Shown here piece after piece: positions 32,296 to 40,995 of a DNA stretch of 48,859 bases. Origin of the DNA: Minisyncoccota bacterium (GTDB lineage: Bacteria; Patescibacteriota; Minisyncoccia; Phycocordibacterales; UBA9973); contig JAYRGZ010000005.1 of NCBI GenBank assembly GCA_041907605.1, forward strand, positions 1 through 48,859, written 5' to 3'. Below the pieces are notes generated by a model, which worked only from the letters and a program-made list of their open reading frames with translations, had not been told where the DNA came from and did no database searches. How positions within the stretch are numbered: the stretch's first letter is position 1; every line of letters begins with the position of its first letter. Position numbers and translations under genes: made by a program.

Positions 32296-35019
32296 TTAAT
32301 GATGTCCACCACCCCCACCATGATCGCCCCCATGGGAATCGTGTCCACTACTACCACCGCCCCCGCCACTACTTTTACCAAAACCCTTAAAAGCGTCAAA
32401 GAACTTACTAACAGGAGGTTTGTATTTTGAATTTACACTATGAATTTTGTGTGTATCATCGCTTGCAATATGTACCCCCTCAGAGAAAATTTTACCACCA
32501 GCTAAATCAGTGTTTAGCTTTAGGTTGATTCCAGGTACTGTAGCTGTGTCAATTCTCCTTCCTAGGTCTTTAAACATACCTTGCATAGGTTTTAGAACTC
32601 CGCCGTGTAAAGCCCCACCGATTGAACCTACCAAGGCTCCCGCCAATGCTGTTGGTATTGCTGTTACTCCACCAGCTATTCCAGCGGCTCCACCGACAAT
32701 TGCACCGCCCTTCATCCCCTGTACCACAGCACGTGTGAGTCTCCTCATATATCTCTCAGTCTGTAGACCATTAGTCGATGCCACGTCAGTGTTTACATGA
32801 CCAAGTCTATTTACGTTACCAAACTGATCTCTCGTCTCTCCATGATACTCGTAACCACTCTTTTTCATTTGTGAAGAGAAGTATTCTTTTGCGCGAGCCT
32901 TCTTTATGTTTTCTACGGCCTTTTCATTTTGTGCAATTGTACCCTCGTAATTTCTTTGTTGTAATCCTGGTACAACACCTGTATCACCGCCGTTTTTAAT
33001 ATGTTCCACATAAGTATTTACTCCACTAATTTGTGCATCTATCGAATCGATTCTTCTTCTTGCTGTTATCGCGGCTGGAGACCCAGGATAACCCATATCT
33101 TTTTGATTTTGAACAATTTGATTTTGTTCCTGTCTTTCTTGTTGTAATCTCGTCTTTAAATCTTGAGCTGTTTCAACATCTCGTTTTCTCGTATCAAGTT
33201 CCTCGCTATGTTGACGGTATTCCTCTTCGTTGTGTCCAAGTAGTTCTGTAAATTTCCTTTCTTTTTCCGCTTGTCTTGCAGTTGCACCAGCTACACCACC
33301 GGCAAGATTTCCTGTGGCAAGCTTACCGAAGCCTCCGGTGTTTATACCCGTAGCGTTACTAAATGCTTGCCCAGCACCAGTCTGTCTTAGATCAAAGCTC
33401 CTATTAGCATTTTTCTGAGCAGTAAGTAATTTATTTTTTGCACCCGCTTGCATTCTCTGGAATTCCGCAGAATTTTTGATTGCATCATCGTTACCTAAAT
33501 GACCTAACTGTGCACGAGTTTGTGCCGTAATTCTTCCCGCCGCAGTGTCTTTGAGACCCTCGTCATTTAATGTTTTCTGAGCCCTGCCACCTATGATTCT
33601 TTGTGCACCAAGAGCAATTCCACCTGTTGCGACCCCAAGAGCGAGTCCAGCTCCGGCACCGAGTACTGCACTACCAGCCTTAACTGCCATTTCCCCAAGT
33701 TGGCCGGAACCTTTTTTGGCATATTCCACCGCTTTCATTAATAGCCCAAGTACTATTAACATAGGTATTATCACAAGCAATATTGTTTGTAACCAACTTA
33801 GGCCCTGGTTGTTGGGGTTTAGTAATGCCAGGAGGCTTCCTTTTGAAAGCATGGCAATTATATACATGAAGAACATGAAAATTGGTGCGGCAAATGCTGT
33901 TGAGAATAGTTTTTTCCACCAACCCTTCCAGTTCATCTCGTCCCCCAGAGAGCCAAAGGGTATTATGTATGTTACAAAAGCAAGTGGAGCAAATATTATA
34001 AGTATCCAAAGCTGGATTAATCTACCCAAGAAACTAAGCCCGGCTATGAAAAATGCCCAAGCAGCGTATGCAAAGATAGCACCGCTTACAAGAATTATAG
34101 AAATTAAAATAGGGGCTGGTACAGAACTCGATTGTCCCGCTATGATTGTTGTCGCTAAAAATAAAGGGATACCAATAACAGCACCAACCCCCGTTGCTGT
34201 CAATGCAGCACCAACAGCCGCGCCACCGATGAGTCCATTTGTAACATTAAAATCTTGTTCCCTATACTGATCCAAAAATTTTGAAGAACCTAATATTTGT
34301 GGTTTGAAAGAACTAGTCACTAATCCGCCAATGTCTTTTTCTTTTACGCCAGTTATATTTTCATTTATTATTGGTTCGTATTGGACTGGTTTTATTGTAC
34401 CGTTAGAGTTTACATTGGTCGTTAGACTTATCTGGTTATAAAACAGAAGAGCCAAAGAATTTGATGCATCTATGATGACCCTCGTAATAAAAAAACTAAA
34501 GTTAATAAATAAGGCAATTATGATAACCGATGCCAGCATTTTTTTTGTATTCACACTATGTAGTTGAAGAATAGTTCCAATTGCAATATACAGCAGAATA
34601 AATATGAACACTATATTTGCCATGTCTCTAACTAATCCCCACCCAAAAACCAGAAAATTTTCCGCTGCTGCGTATAGCTGGGAACTTAGTGTGAGGCCAG
34701 CAAGGGCATTAAAGAAATTTGCGCTTACGCCCAGGAGCCAAGAAGGAAATGAATAGAAGATATAGTATAAGAGCAAAACAACACAGTCGGTAAAGTTTGC
34801 CCTTATTATAGATTCACAACCAATACTATCTAATAAACCATTTTGAGAACTATCTGAAGTACTGGATGTGGAGGCTGGATTGTTGCTCCCCTCAGTGTTT
34901 ATGGTCGCATCTGGACCACCAACTGATATTGTATCTGCGTGAGTAGTATTAAAACCCAAAGGGGCGAAAACCCCTGTGAGTATTAATGCTATGAAAAATG
35001 TGACGATACTTTTTTTCAT
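32296..35019 (-). CDS. VirB6/TrbL-like polytopic membrane protein with ~430-aa C-terminal extension and Gly/His tail
   Basis: A signal peptide is followed by at least 8 hydrophobic segments (residues ~80-470), as in Gram-positive VirB6 analogues. After these come Gly-rich and coiled segments, and the protein ends GGGGGSSGHDSHGGDHGGGGGHH. Confidence 0.55.
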   Translation of the reverse strand: MKKSIVTFFIALILTGVFAPLGFNTTHADTISVGGPDATINTEGSNNPASTSSTSDSSQNGLLDSIGCESIIRANFTDCVVLLLYYIFYSFPSWLLGVSANFFNALAGLTLSSQLYAAAENFLVFGWGLVRDMANIVFIFILLYIAIGTILQLHSVNTKKMLASVIIIALFINFSFFITRVIIDASNSLALLFYNQISLTTNVNSNGTIKPVQYEPIINENITGVKEKDIGGLVTSSFKPQILGSSKFLDQYREQDFNVTNGLIGGAAVGAALTATGVGAVIGIPLFLATTIIAGQSSSVPAPILISIILVSGAIFAYAAWAFFIAGLSFLGRLIQLWILIIFAPLAFVTYIIPFGSLGDEMNWKGWWKKLFSTAFAAPIFMFFMYIIAMLSKGSLLALLNPNNQGLSWLQTILLVIIPMLIVLGLLMKAVEYAKKGSGQLGEMAVKAGSAVLGAGAGLALGVATGGIALGAQRIIGGRAQKTLNDEGLKDTAAGRITAQTRAQLGHLGNDDAIKNSAEFQRMQAGAKNKLLTAQKNANRSFDLRQTGAGQAFSNATGINTGGFGKLATGNLAGGVAGATARQAEKERKFTELLGHNEEEYRQHSEELDTRKRDVETAQDLKTRLQQERQEQNQIVQNQKDMGYPGSPAAITARRRIDSIDAQISGVNTYVEHIKNGGDTGVVPGLQQRNYEGTIAQNEKAVENIKKARAKEYFSSQMKKSGYEYHGETRDQFGNVNRLGHVNTDVASTNGLQTERYMRRLTRAVVQGMKGGAIVGGAAGIAGGVTAIPTALAGALVGSIGGALHGGVLKPMQGMFKDLGRRIDTATVPGINLKLNTDLAGGKIFSEGVHIASDDTHKIHSVNSKYKPPVSKFFDAFKGFGKSSGGGGGSSGHDSHGGDHGGGGGHH

Positions 35020-35037
35020 TAACTGATTTATATTTAT

Positions 35038-37269
35038 TTAGTTGTCATCTCCAGTGTAGTCATTTAGGTAAGATCTATAAAAATCTTTACATTCAATTTC
35101 AATTTTATCGCCATTATATGGTTGTTGATCCCATGTAAAATCACCAGGATAATATTGAGTTATGTTTGTATTATTTGTGATATCTCCACCGAATAGTCCT
35201 CCATTTTGGGTTTCTCCAGGACCTAATGTTATTGTGTTTTGGAAACGACAGAAAAGTAATTGGGCTGTATCTTTTGCCGCTACCTCGATATTTTGTGCTT
35301 TTTGGGAAATACATTTAGATATAAGCGAGTCTGGATTTGTTGTTTGAAATGCTCTAAAATCTTCTTTTGTGTTTAGTGAGAATTCTGCGTCCGCTGCTGC
35401 AACAGTTGTATCGTTTCCGATCTCATCTTGGATAGATGCATATTGCTTCTTCATGTCAGATAGATTTTGAGAATCAGGTGCAACTACAACTCCATCAACC
35501 AAGGTAGAAGGATGTTCTTCCACCGTACTTTTCATGTCATTCAACAATGCTAAAACCCTTATTTTTTTTGATATAGCGTTTCTAGTTTCATCTAGACGAT
35601 TTCTAAAATAAGAACTTCTCTTTACTTGATCAACAATTAAAGCACTGGAAGAAATGGTTTCTGGTCCCACCATGCTGTCACTGATATATCTTATTTCTGT
35701 ATCAAGATCGTTGTCCAATCTGTTTAATGCCGCAACCGCGTTATCTCCGTTGTTGGTATCATTATCACTTTTCTTGTTTAGTTTTCTGGTTGCTGACTGG
35801 TAGGATTTATTTAATCTTCCTTGCCAACCCTGATCTGGCCCAGGGTTACATTGATCCAAGGTTAGTGTTTTTGCTGGGAAGGTTATGAGTAGGTCTCTAC
35901 TCTTTTCCAAACTATCTAACTCAAGTTGTGTATTATCTATGTCTGATAATAATTGTTCAGATGCTTGACCTAGATTTATCTGATCTTCTAAATCTACACT
36001 GGCCTCTGTCCCCGTGTCCCAGGAGAACCCGCTACCATTTGCAACATATGTGGCATTTGAACCGGGACCACCGGAATCATCTGTGGAGCTCGAAACCGCA
36101 CTACCAATTAAATTATTTAACCCTTGTGTTATCACACCACTTGCTAGGTTTACTATAGAGTCTGCTAGCACACTACCAGTGCCATTTGCCTGTATCGCTT
36201 GCTCGAGTGGGCTAGTCGTAACTTTTTTTATTTGTTCTGAAATTACTGATCCCGGTGTTGTAGTTTCATATCGTGCACAATTATCTACTGCACCATCGCC
36301 AAAAACAACACCAAGGTCATTAAAATACTCACTTCCATCAGCTAAATTACCTAAACCACTATCATATGACGAAACCTCATGACATTGTTCAACTACGTTT
36401 TGATTACTATCAGAATCAGCAGTACAAGTACTTTGGGAAGCGAATGGTCCAACATCAAAATTTTGAAGGTTATCATTTACAGACGTATAATACCAATTTT
36501 GAACGGGAGTACTTGATGTATTACCATCAGTATCTTTATATGCCACGCATTTTTTCATTGATAGAAAACCATTATTTTGCAATAATTCTTCTTTTTGTGT
36601 ATCAATTGCTGTATTTAATCTAGATGCTATCTCATTTTCTGCCAAGATTTTTGCTCCAATAGGATTATTTGCCTGGATCAAGTTTTGGTTAAACCATGTA
36701 CTCCACCCCCCAGTATTAAAATCCTCGTAATAGTTATCTAGTGTTGCTCCAGGATTCACGGCTCCAACAAAATCGTCCAGACTAAATGCACTCTTATTTG
36801 CGAAACTAGAGGAGTATTTTGAAATTAGATCCTTTGCAATTCCTTCTGCAAAAGGAGAACCATATTGTTGTGCCTGAGAAGACACTTCTGTTATAAAAGT
36901 GTTCATTTGTTGATCACCAATACTCTTCAGGAATGATTTTTGATCTCGGACATAAAATGGATCACCCTTAAACCCTGTTGCACCCCAATTTATAAGCTCT
37001 TGGGTCATATTGAGGGTGACCTTTCTAGCTATTTGTGATAAAACTTTTTTGAAAATATCTTTTGCTAAATTTTTGATTTGAACTCCAGCGGTCGTACCAT
37101 TTGATGTTGATGAAAGTAGATTTACAACGAAGTTTACTGGGTCATGAACTATTTGAGCATTTGTAACCCGGGTATTAAATGTAAACAAAAAGACAAAAAC
37201 CAAAATTAAAGATGAGATTTTATTCGCTTTTTTATTACCAAATATTTTCACTAAAATAGGTGTTTTCAT
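35038..37269 (-). CDS. Large exported Cys-containing protein (hypothetical), T4SS-like locus gene 2
   Basis: Signal peptide ...FTFNTRVTNAQ, then IVHDPVNFVVNLL. Many Cys residues are spread through 743 aa. No family recognised. Confidence 0.6.
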   Translation of the reverse strand: MKTPILVKIFGNKKANKISSLILVFVFLFTFNTRVTNAQIVHDPVNFVVNLLSSTSNGTTAGVQIKNLAKDIFKKVLSQIARKVTLNMTQELINWGATGFKGDPFYVRDQKSFLKSIGDQQMNTFITEVSSQAQQYGSPFAEGIAKDLISKYSSSFANKSAFSLDDFVGAVNPGATLDNYYEDFNTGGWSTWFNQNLIQANNPIGAKILAENEIASRLNTAIDTQKEELLQNNGFLSMKKCVAYKDTDGNTSSTPVQNWYYTSVNDNLQNFDVGPFASQSTCTADSDSNQNVVEQCHEVSSYDSGLGNLADGSEYFNDLGVVFGDGAVDNCARYETTTPGSVISEQIKKVTTSPLEQAIQANGTGSVLADSIVNLASGVITQGLNNLIGSAVSSSTDDSGGPGSNATYVANGSGFSWDTGTEASVDLEDQINLGQASEQLLSDIDNTQLELDSLEKSRDLLITFPAKTLTLDQCNPGPDQGWQGRLNKSYQSATRKLNKKSDNDTNNGDNAVAALNRLDNDLDTEIRYISDSMVGPETISSSALIVDQVKRSSYFRNRLDETRNAISKKIRVLALLNDMKSTVEEHPSTLVDGVVVAPDSQNLSDMKKQYASIQDEIGNDTTVAAADAEFSLNTKEDFRAFQTTNPDSLISKCISQKAQNIEVAAKDTAQLLFCRFQNTITLGPGETQNGGLFGGDITNNTNITQYYPGDFTWDQQPYNGDKIEIECKDFYRSYLNDYTGDDN

Positions 37270-37282
37270 TTTTTAAAAATTA

Positions 37283-38182
37283 TTAATAAGGGTTGTAAAT
37301 CATTTTTTGAAATTCTTCAAAAGCTATATTAACTTCTGCTACAACTGAATCAAATTGTGTTACAGCAGATAAGGTCACTATTGGGTCGATGTTGTATTTT
37401 GTCATATCAGTATATGTAGAGGACAGATGTGCTGTCGCGTTTATAACCATTAGGTGGCTCTTTTGTGAACCTTCTGGCACTGTAACTTTTAGCATTTGCT
37501 CGTATATGTTCTTGTATTTTAGACTAAGTGTCTCCAATTCTTTTATCCCTGTCGGTGTGCCTATTAATTCTGGTATTCTATAAGCGATAGTCAGGTCCTC
37601 TCCTTTTACAGGATATTTTTTAAAAATTCCATCCAGGGTTATTAGATAGGTTTCCTTTTTGTTGGCGGTGTATTCTTCCGTTTTTATGTCAGACATTGAG
37701 TAAACCCTAAGCGGTGGTTTTGAAGCTATGAATTTATTTATCTCACTTATTAATATCTCCGTACTTTGACCATTTAGACTACCAGATTGTTGAAGTGAGG
37801 CTAGAGTTGTGACAACATCCCTAGCCAATTGCTCAGTATTAGTGATAACAGTATCATCATTATTGAATATATTTCCGCCTTTTGTATTAGTAAGTTTACT
37901 TTGGTTGTTTTTTACATTTTGAAAATCACTTAATCCGTCACCGTCTGTATCAACTATTTTCGGATTTGTTCCCCAAAGCGCTTCCTCCCAGTCTTTTAAT
38001 CCATCTCCATCCGTATCTTTTTCAACAACATCTTTCACCAATACAACGCTGTTTTTGTCAGCTTTCGAGGTACTAAATCTGATTTTTCCACCTGCTACGA
38101 AACCTACAATTACTATAAATACTCCACACGAGACAATTATCAATAGGTTTTTTCTAAATTGTTTACTAGGCAGATAATCCAT
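37283..38182 (-). CDS. Membrane-anchored protein with thrombospondin type 3-like Ca-binding repeats, first gene of the T4SS-like locus
   Basis: N-terminal TM segment (LLIIVSCGVFIVIVGFVAGG), then DTDGDGLKDWEE...DTDGDGLSDF. Confidence 0.6.
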   Translation of the reverse strand: MDYLPSKQFRKNLLIIVSCGVFIVIVGFVAGGKIRFSTSKADKNSVVLVKDVVEKDTDGDGLKDWEEALWGTNPKIVDTDGDGLSDFQNVKNNQSKLTNTKGGNIFNNDDTVITNTEQLARDVVTTLASLQQSGSLNGQSTEILISEINKFIASKPPLRVYSMSDIKTEEYTANKKETYLITLDGIFKKYPVKGEDLTIAYRIPELIGTPTGIKELETLSLKYKNIYEQMLKVTVPEGSQKSHLMVINATAHLSSTYTDMTKYNIDPIVTLSAVTQFDSVVAEVNIAFEEFQKMIYNPY

Positions 38183-38188
38183 AGCCTA

Positions 38189-38194
38189 ATTATA
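38189..38194 (-). promoter_or_regulatory. Perfect TATAAT box 6 nt upstream of the first ATG of the T4SS-like locus
   Basis: Minus-strand sequence is ATAGTATATAATTAGGCT|ATG, with no Shine-Dalgarno-like purine run between box and ATG. Confidence 0.35.
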
Positions 38195-38222
38195 TACTAT
38201 AAAAGTCCCTAAAACTATGAGT

Positions 38223-39023
38223 TTATTTGCCTTTATGTGAATTAAAAACCTTTGCGAGCAAAAGCCAATGTTTTAACTCTAATTCTTCTGCTCGAATTGT
38301 CGGTGATAAGTGGTTTTTCTCCCAAAAATCCTCAATTATTTCCTTAGAAACCACTTTTTGCAGATTATTTTTTAAAACCTTTCTTTTATGCCCGAAGCCA
38401 GCGTGTAAAATATCGAAAAAGACACTTTCTATTTTTGGATCCAATTTCTTGCTCGATATATTATCAACCAGAAGTATTGCAGAATCCACACGAGGTTCGG
38501 GGGAGAAATATCTTTTAGGTACTTTATCAATATATTTGGGATCACCATATGCCTTCACTGACATTGAAAGAATGCTTTCCCTGCCGTCACGTGCGACAAT
38601 TCGTTCCGCCACTTCTTTCTGTACAAGTAAGACAATTTTTTCTGGTTTTGTTTTTCCCGATAAAAACTTTCTAATAATTGCTCCTGTAATGTAATACGGT
38701 ATATTTGCAACTAATTTGTATTTCTTTTTCTCTATTCCAATTTCTTTCAGATCAAGGTCTAAAATATCCCCTTCGATTAAAATTAGTTTTTTATTTTTAA
38801 TTTCCTTTTTAAATTCCTCTTTTAGTATTGGAATTAATTCCCTATCTTTTTCTACTGCTACAGCCCGTGCCCCAGTATCAAGTATTTTTCGAGTTAGTGC
38901 TCCTTTACCCGGACCGATTTCAAGCACTAGATCAGTTGGTAGTACACTTCCAGTATTAACAATTTTTTTTAGTACACTTGTAGATTTCAAGAAATTTTGT
39001 CCAAGAGATTTTTTGGCTTTCAT
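38223..39023 (-). CDS. rsmA: 16S rRNA (adenine1518/1519-N6)-dimethyltransferase
   Basis: KKSLGQNFL signature, the SAM-binding motif VLEIGPGKGALT and NIPYYIT. Confidence 0.92.
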   Translation of the reverse strand: MKAKKSLGQNFLKSTSVLKKIVNTGSVLPTDLVLEIGPGKGALTRKILDTGARAVAVEKDRELIPILKEEFKKEIKNKKLILIEGDILDLDLKEIGIEKKKYKLVANIPYYITGAIIRKFLSGKTKPEKIVLLVQKEVAERIVARDGRESILSMSVKAYGDPKYIDKVPKRYFSPEPRVDSAILLVDNISSKKLDPKIESVFFDILHAGFGHKRKVLKNNLQKVVSKEIIEDFWEKNHLSPTIRAEELELKHWLLLAKVFNSHKGK

Positions 39024-39024
39024 A

Positions 39025-40935
39025 TTATTCAGTATATATTACTTTTGTTTTTGGAATTCTCACGACTTCACGTAGTATTGTATCGTCTGGTATATCGTAA
39101 ATAAATTCAGACGGCGTATTTACTTGTCGCATTCCAAATAATGTTCGAACCGTAGCATATGTGAGATACAATTTTTTCTCCGCGCGAGTGAGAGCGACAT
39201 AGAATAATCTTCTTTCCTCCTCTTTGTCTTCTGTGCTCTCCATACCGCTACGTGCATGTGGGAATAAATCTTGTTCAAGTCCTGTGATGAATACGTATTC
39301 AAATTCTAACCCTTTTGCCGCATGTACTGTCATAAGTCTTACACGACTACTATCATCGATACTGTCTTGGTCCGATGCCAATGCCGCATCATCCAATAAT
39401 TTTTCCAAACCTCTACCATTTTCAAAATTATCATATCGAGTCGAGAGTGTTATGAGCTCTCCGATATTTTCTAGTCTTTCAATATCCTCGCTAGTTCCTG
39501 ATTTTAACGTAGCCTCTATTCCGCTTTCTTTCAGGACGAATTTAATTATTTCTGATGGTTTGTGAGTATCGATAAAAGCCTTTATTTTAAAGAGTAGATT
39601 GTAGAAATCATCAATTTTCTTTAGTGTTCCAGCGGGCAAATCATTTTTCATTCCTGAAAATAATTTTGCAATTGTTACCTTACCGATTCCACGCGCCGGT
39701 ACGTTTATAACTCTTTTTATATCGCTTAGATTTTCATTATCAAGTGATGCACGAATGTATGAAAGAATATCCTTCACTTCTTTTCGATCGTAAAACCTTG
39801 TACCAACTATTTGATATGGAATTGTCCTACTTAGGAATACATCTTCTAATACACGTGATTGAAAATTTGCACGATAAAGTACTGCGATGTTTTCTCTCTT
39901 TACTCCTTGATCAAGCAAATAAGTAATTTCATCTGCTACGAATTCTGCCTCGGCGACCTCGTCATAACTTTCATATAGTGTTATGTCTTCCCCGTCACCG
40001 TTTTTTGTATATAGTGTTTTGGGAATTCTAACTGTATTCTTATCAATCACTGAATTTGCGGCACGAAGTATTTTCTGAGTTGAACGATAATTTTGTTCCA
40101 AGAAAAAAGTTTTAGTATCTGGAAAATCTTTTTCAAAATGAATCATGTTTTTTATTTTCGCACCACGCCAACTATAAATGTTTTGATCTGTATCACCTAC
40201 AACACAAATATTGTGCTTTGTGCCAGCAAGTTGTTTGGTCATCTCATACTGAACTTCGTTTGTGTCCTGGTATTCATCTATATGGATGTAGAGAAATCTA
40301 TTTTGATATTGCTCTAGCACTTCAGGATGTTTCCTGAAAAGTAGTACAGTTTGAAGTAGTAGATCATCAAAGTCAAAAACTTTTTCTTCGGTTAGTTTTT
40401 TTTCATAACGCTCCCAGATTTTTAACACAGTTTGTTCGACGTGTGTATCTGCTTTCTCTCTATAATTTAAAAGTGTTACGAAATTTCCCTTTTCTCTTGA
40501 GATTATGGATTTAAATTTTCTTGGTTCGTATTGTTTTGGATCAAGGCCTGCTTCGGTGATGCAGTCTCGCACAAGTTTCACAGCATCACTTTCATCCAAT
40601 ATCCCGAAGTATTTATTGCGTCCCACAAGATGCGCGTTTTCACGTAGTATTGATACACCGAGCGAGTGAAATGTTGTGAGAAGTGGTGTGGTTTCTATTT
40701 TATCCTCATGTAGAAGTTTATCGACTCGCTCTCGCATCTCCCTAGCCGCTTTATTTGTAAAAGTGATTGCCAAGATATTGCGTGGGTCAATTCCTTTATG
40801 TATTAAATAAACAATACGAGTCGTGAGAGTTTTGGTTTTACCCGCTCCAGCTCCAGCTACAATTAGTGTTGGTCCCTCGGTGTTTTCCACTGCCTTTCTC
40901 TGCTCTACGTTTAGATTTTCTAGCAATTTCTGCAT
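39025..40935 (-). CDS. pcrA: UvrD/PcrA-family ATP-dependent DNA helicase
   Basis: Helicase motifs AGAGAGKTKTLTTRI, DEYQDTN, VGDTDQNIYSWRGA and TVHAAKGLEF. ATG at 40935 preferred over the TTG at 40941. Confidence 0.92.
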   Translation of the reverse strand: MQKLLENLNVEQRKAVENTEGPTLIVAGAGAGKTKTLTTRIVYLIHKGIDPRNILAITFTNKAAREMRERVDKLLHEDKIETTPLLTTFHSLGVSILRENAHLVGRNKYFGILDESDAVKLVRDCITEAGLDPKQYEPRKFKSIISREKGNFVTLLNYREKADTHVEQTVLKIWERYEKKLTEEKVFDFDDLLLQTVLLFRKHPEVLEQYQNRFLYIHIDEYQDTNEVQYEMTKQLAGTKHNICVVGDTDQNIYSWRGAKIKNMIHFEKDFPDTKTFFLEQNYRSTQKILRAANSVIDKNTVRIPKTLYTKNGDGEDITLYESYDEVAEAEFVADEITYLLDQGVKRENIAVLYRANFQSRVLEDVFLSRTIPYQIVGTRFYDRKEVKDILSYIRASLDNENLSDIKRVINVPARGIGKVTIAKLFSGMKNDLPAGTLKKIDDFYNLLFKIKAFIDTHKPSEIIKFVLKESGIEATLKSGTSEDIERLENIGELITLSTRYDNFENGRGLEKLLDDAALASDQDSIDDSSRVRLMTVHAAKGLEFEYVFITGLEQDLFPHARSGMESTEDKEEERRLFYVALTRAEKKLYLTYATVRTLFGMRQVNTPSEFIYDIPDDTILREVVRIPKTKVIYTE

Positions 40936-40944
40936 GGGCAAAGC

Positions 40945-40990
40945 ATACCATAAAAAATCACTGGTTTATGCCAGTGATTTTTTATGGTAT
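40945..40990 (-). terminator. 20-bp perfect hairpin terminator after the 1584-aa gene
   Basis: ATACCATAAAAAATCACTGG-TTTATG-CCAGTGATTTTTTATGGTAT. Confidence 0.75.
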
Positions 40991-40995
40991 TAGTG

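Noticed and set aside
33593-34270. 225-aa plus-strand ORF (and neighbours at 32447, 32778, 33033, 33230) inside the VirB6-like gene
   Set aside because: These are antisense to a long, coherent polytopic membrane ORF. Their Ala/Pro-rich translations are typical of the reverse frame of Gly/Ala-rich coding sequence.
25051-38182. T4SS-like locus as an integrative conjugative element or plasmid remnant
   Set aside because: The window holds no integrase, relaxase, coupling protein, replication or partition genes. No tRNA is at the borders and I saw no flanking direct repeats. The composition looks like the rest of the window, and core genes abut both ends.
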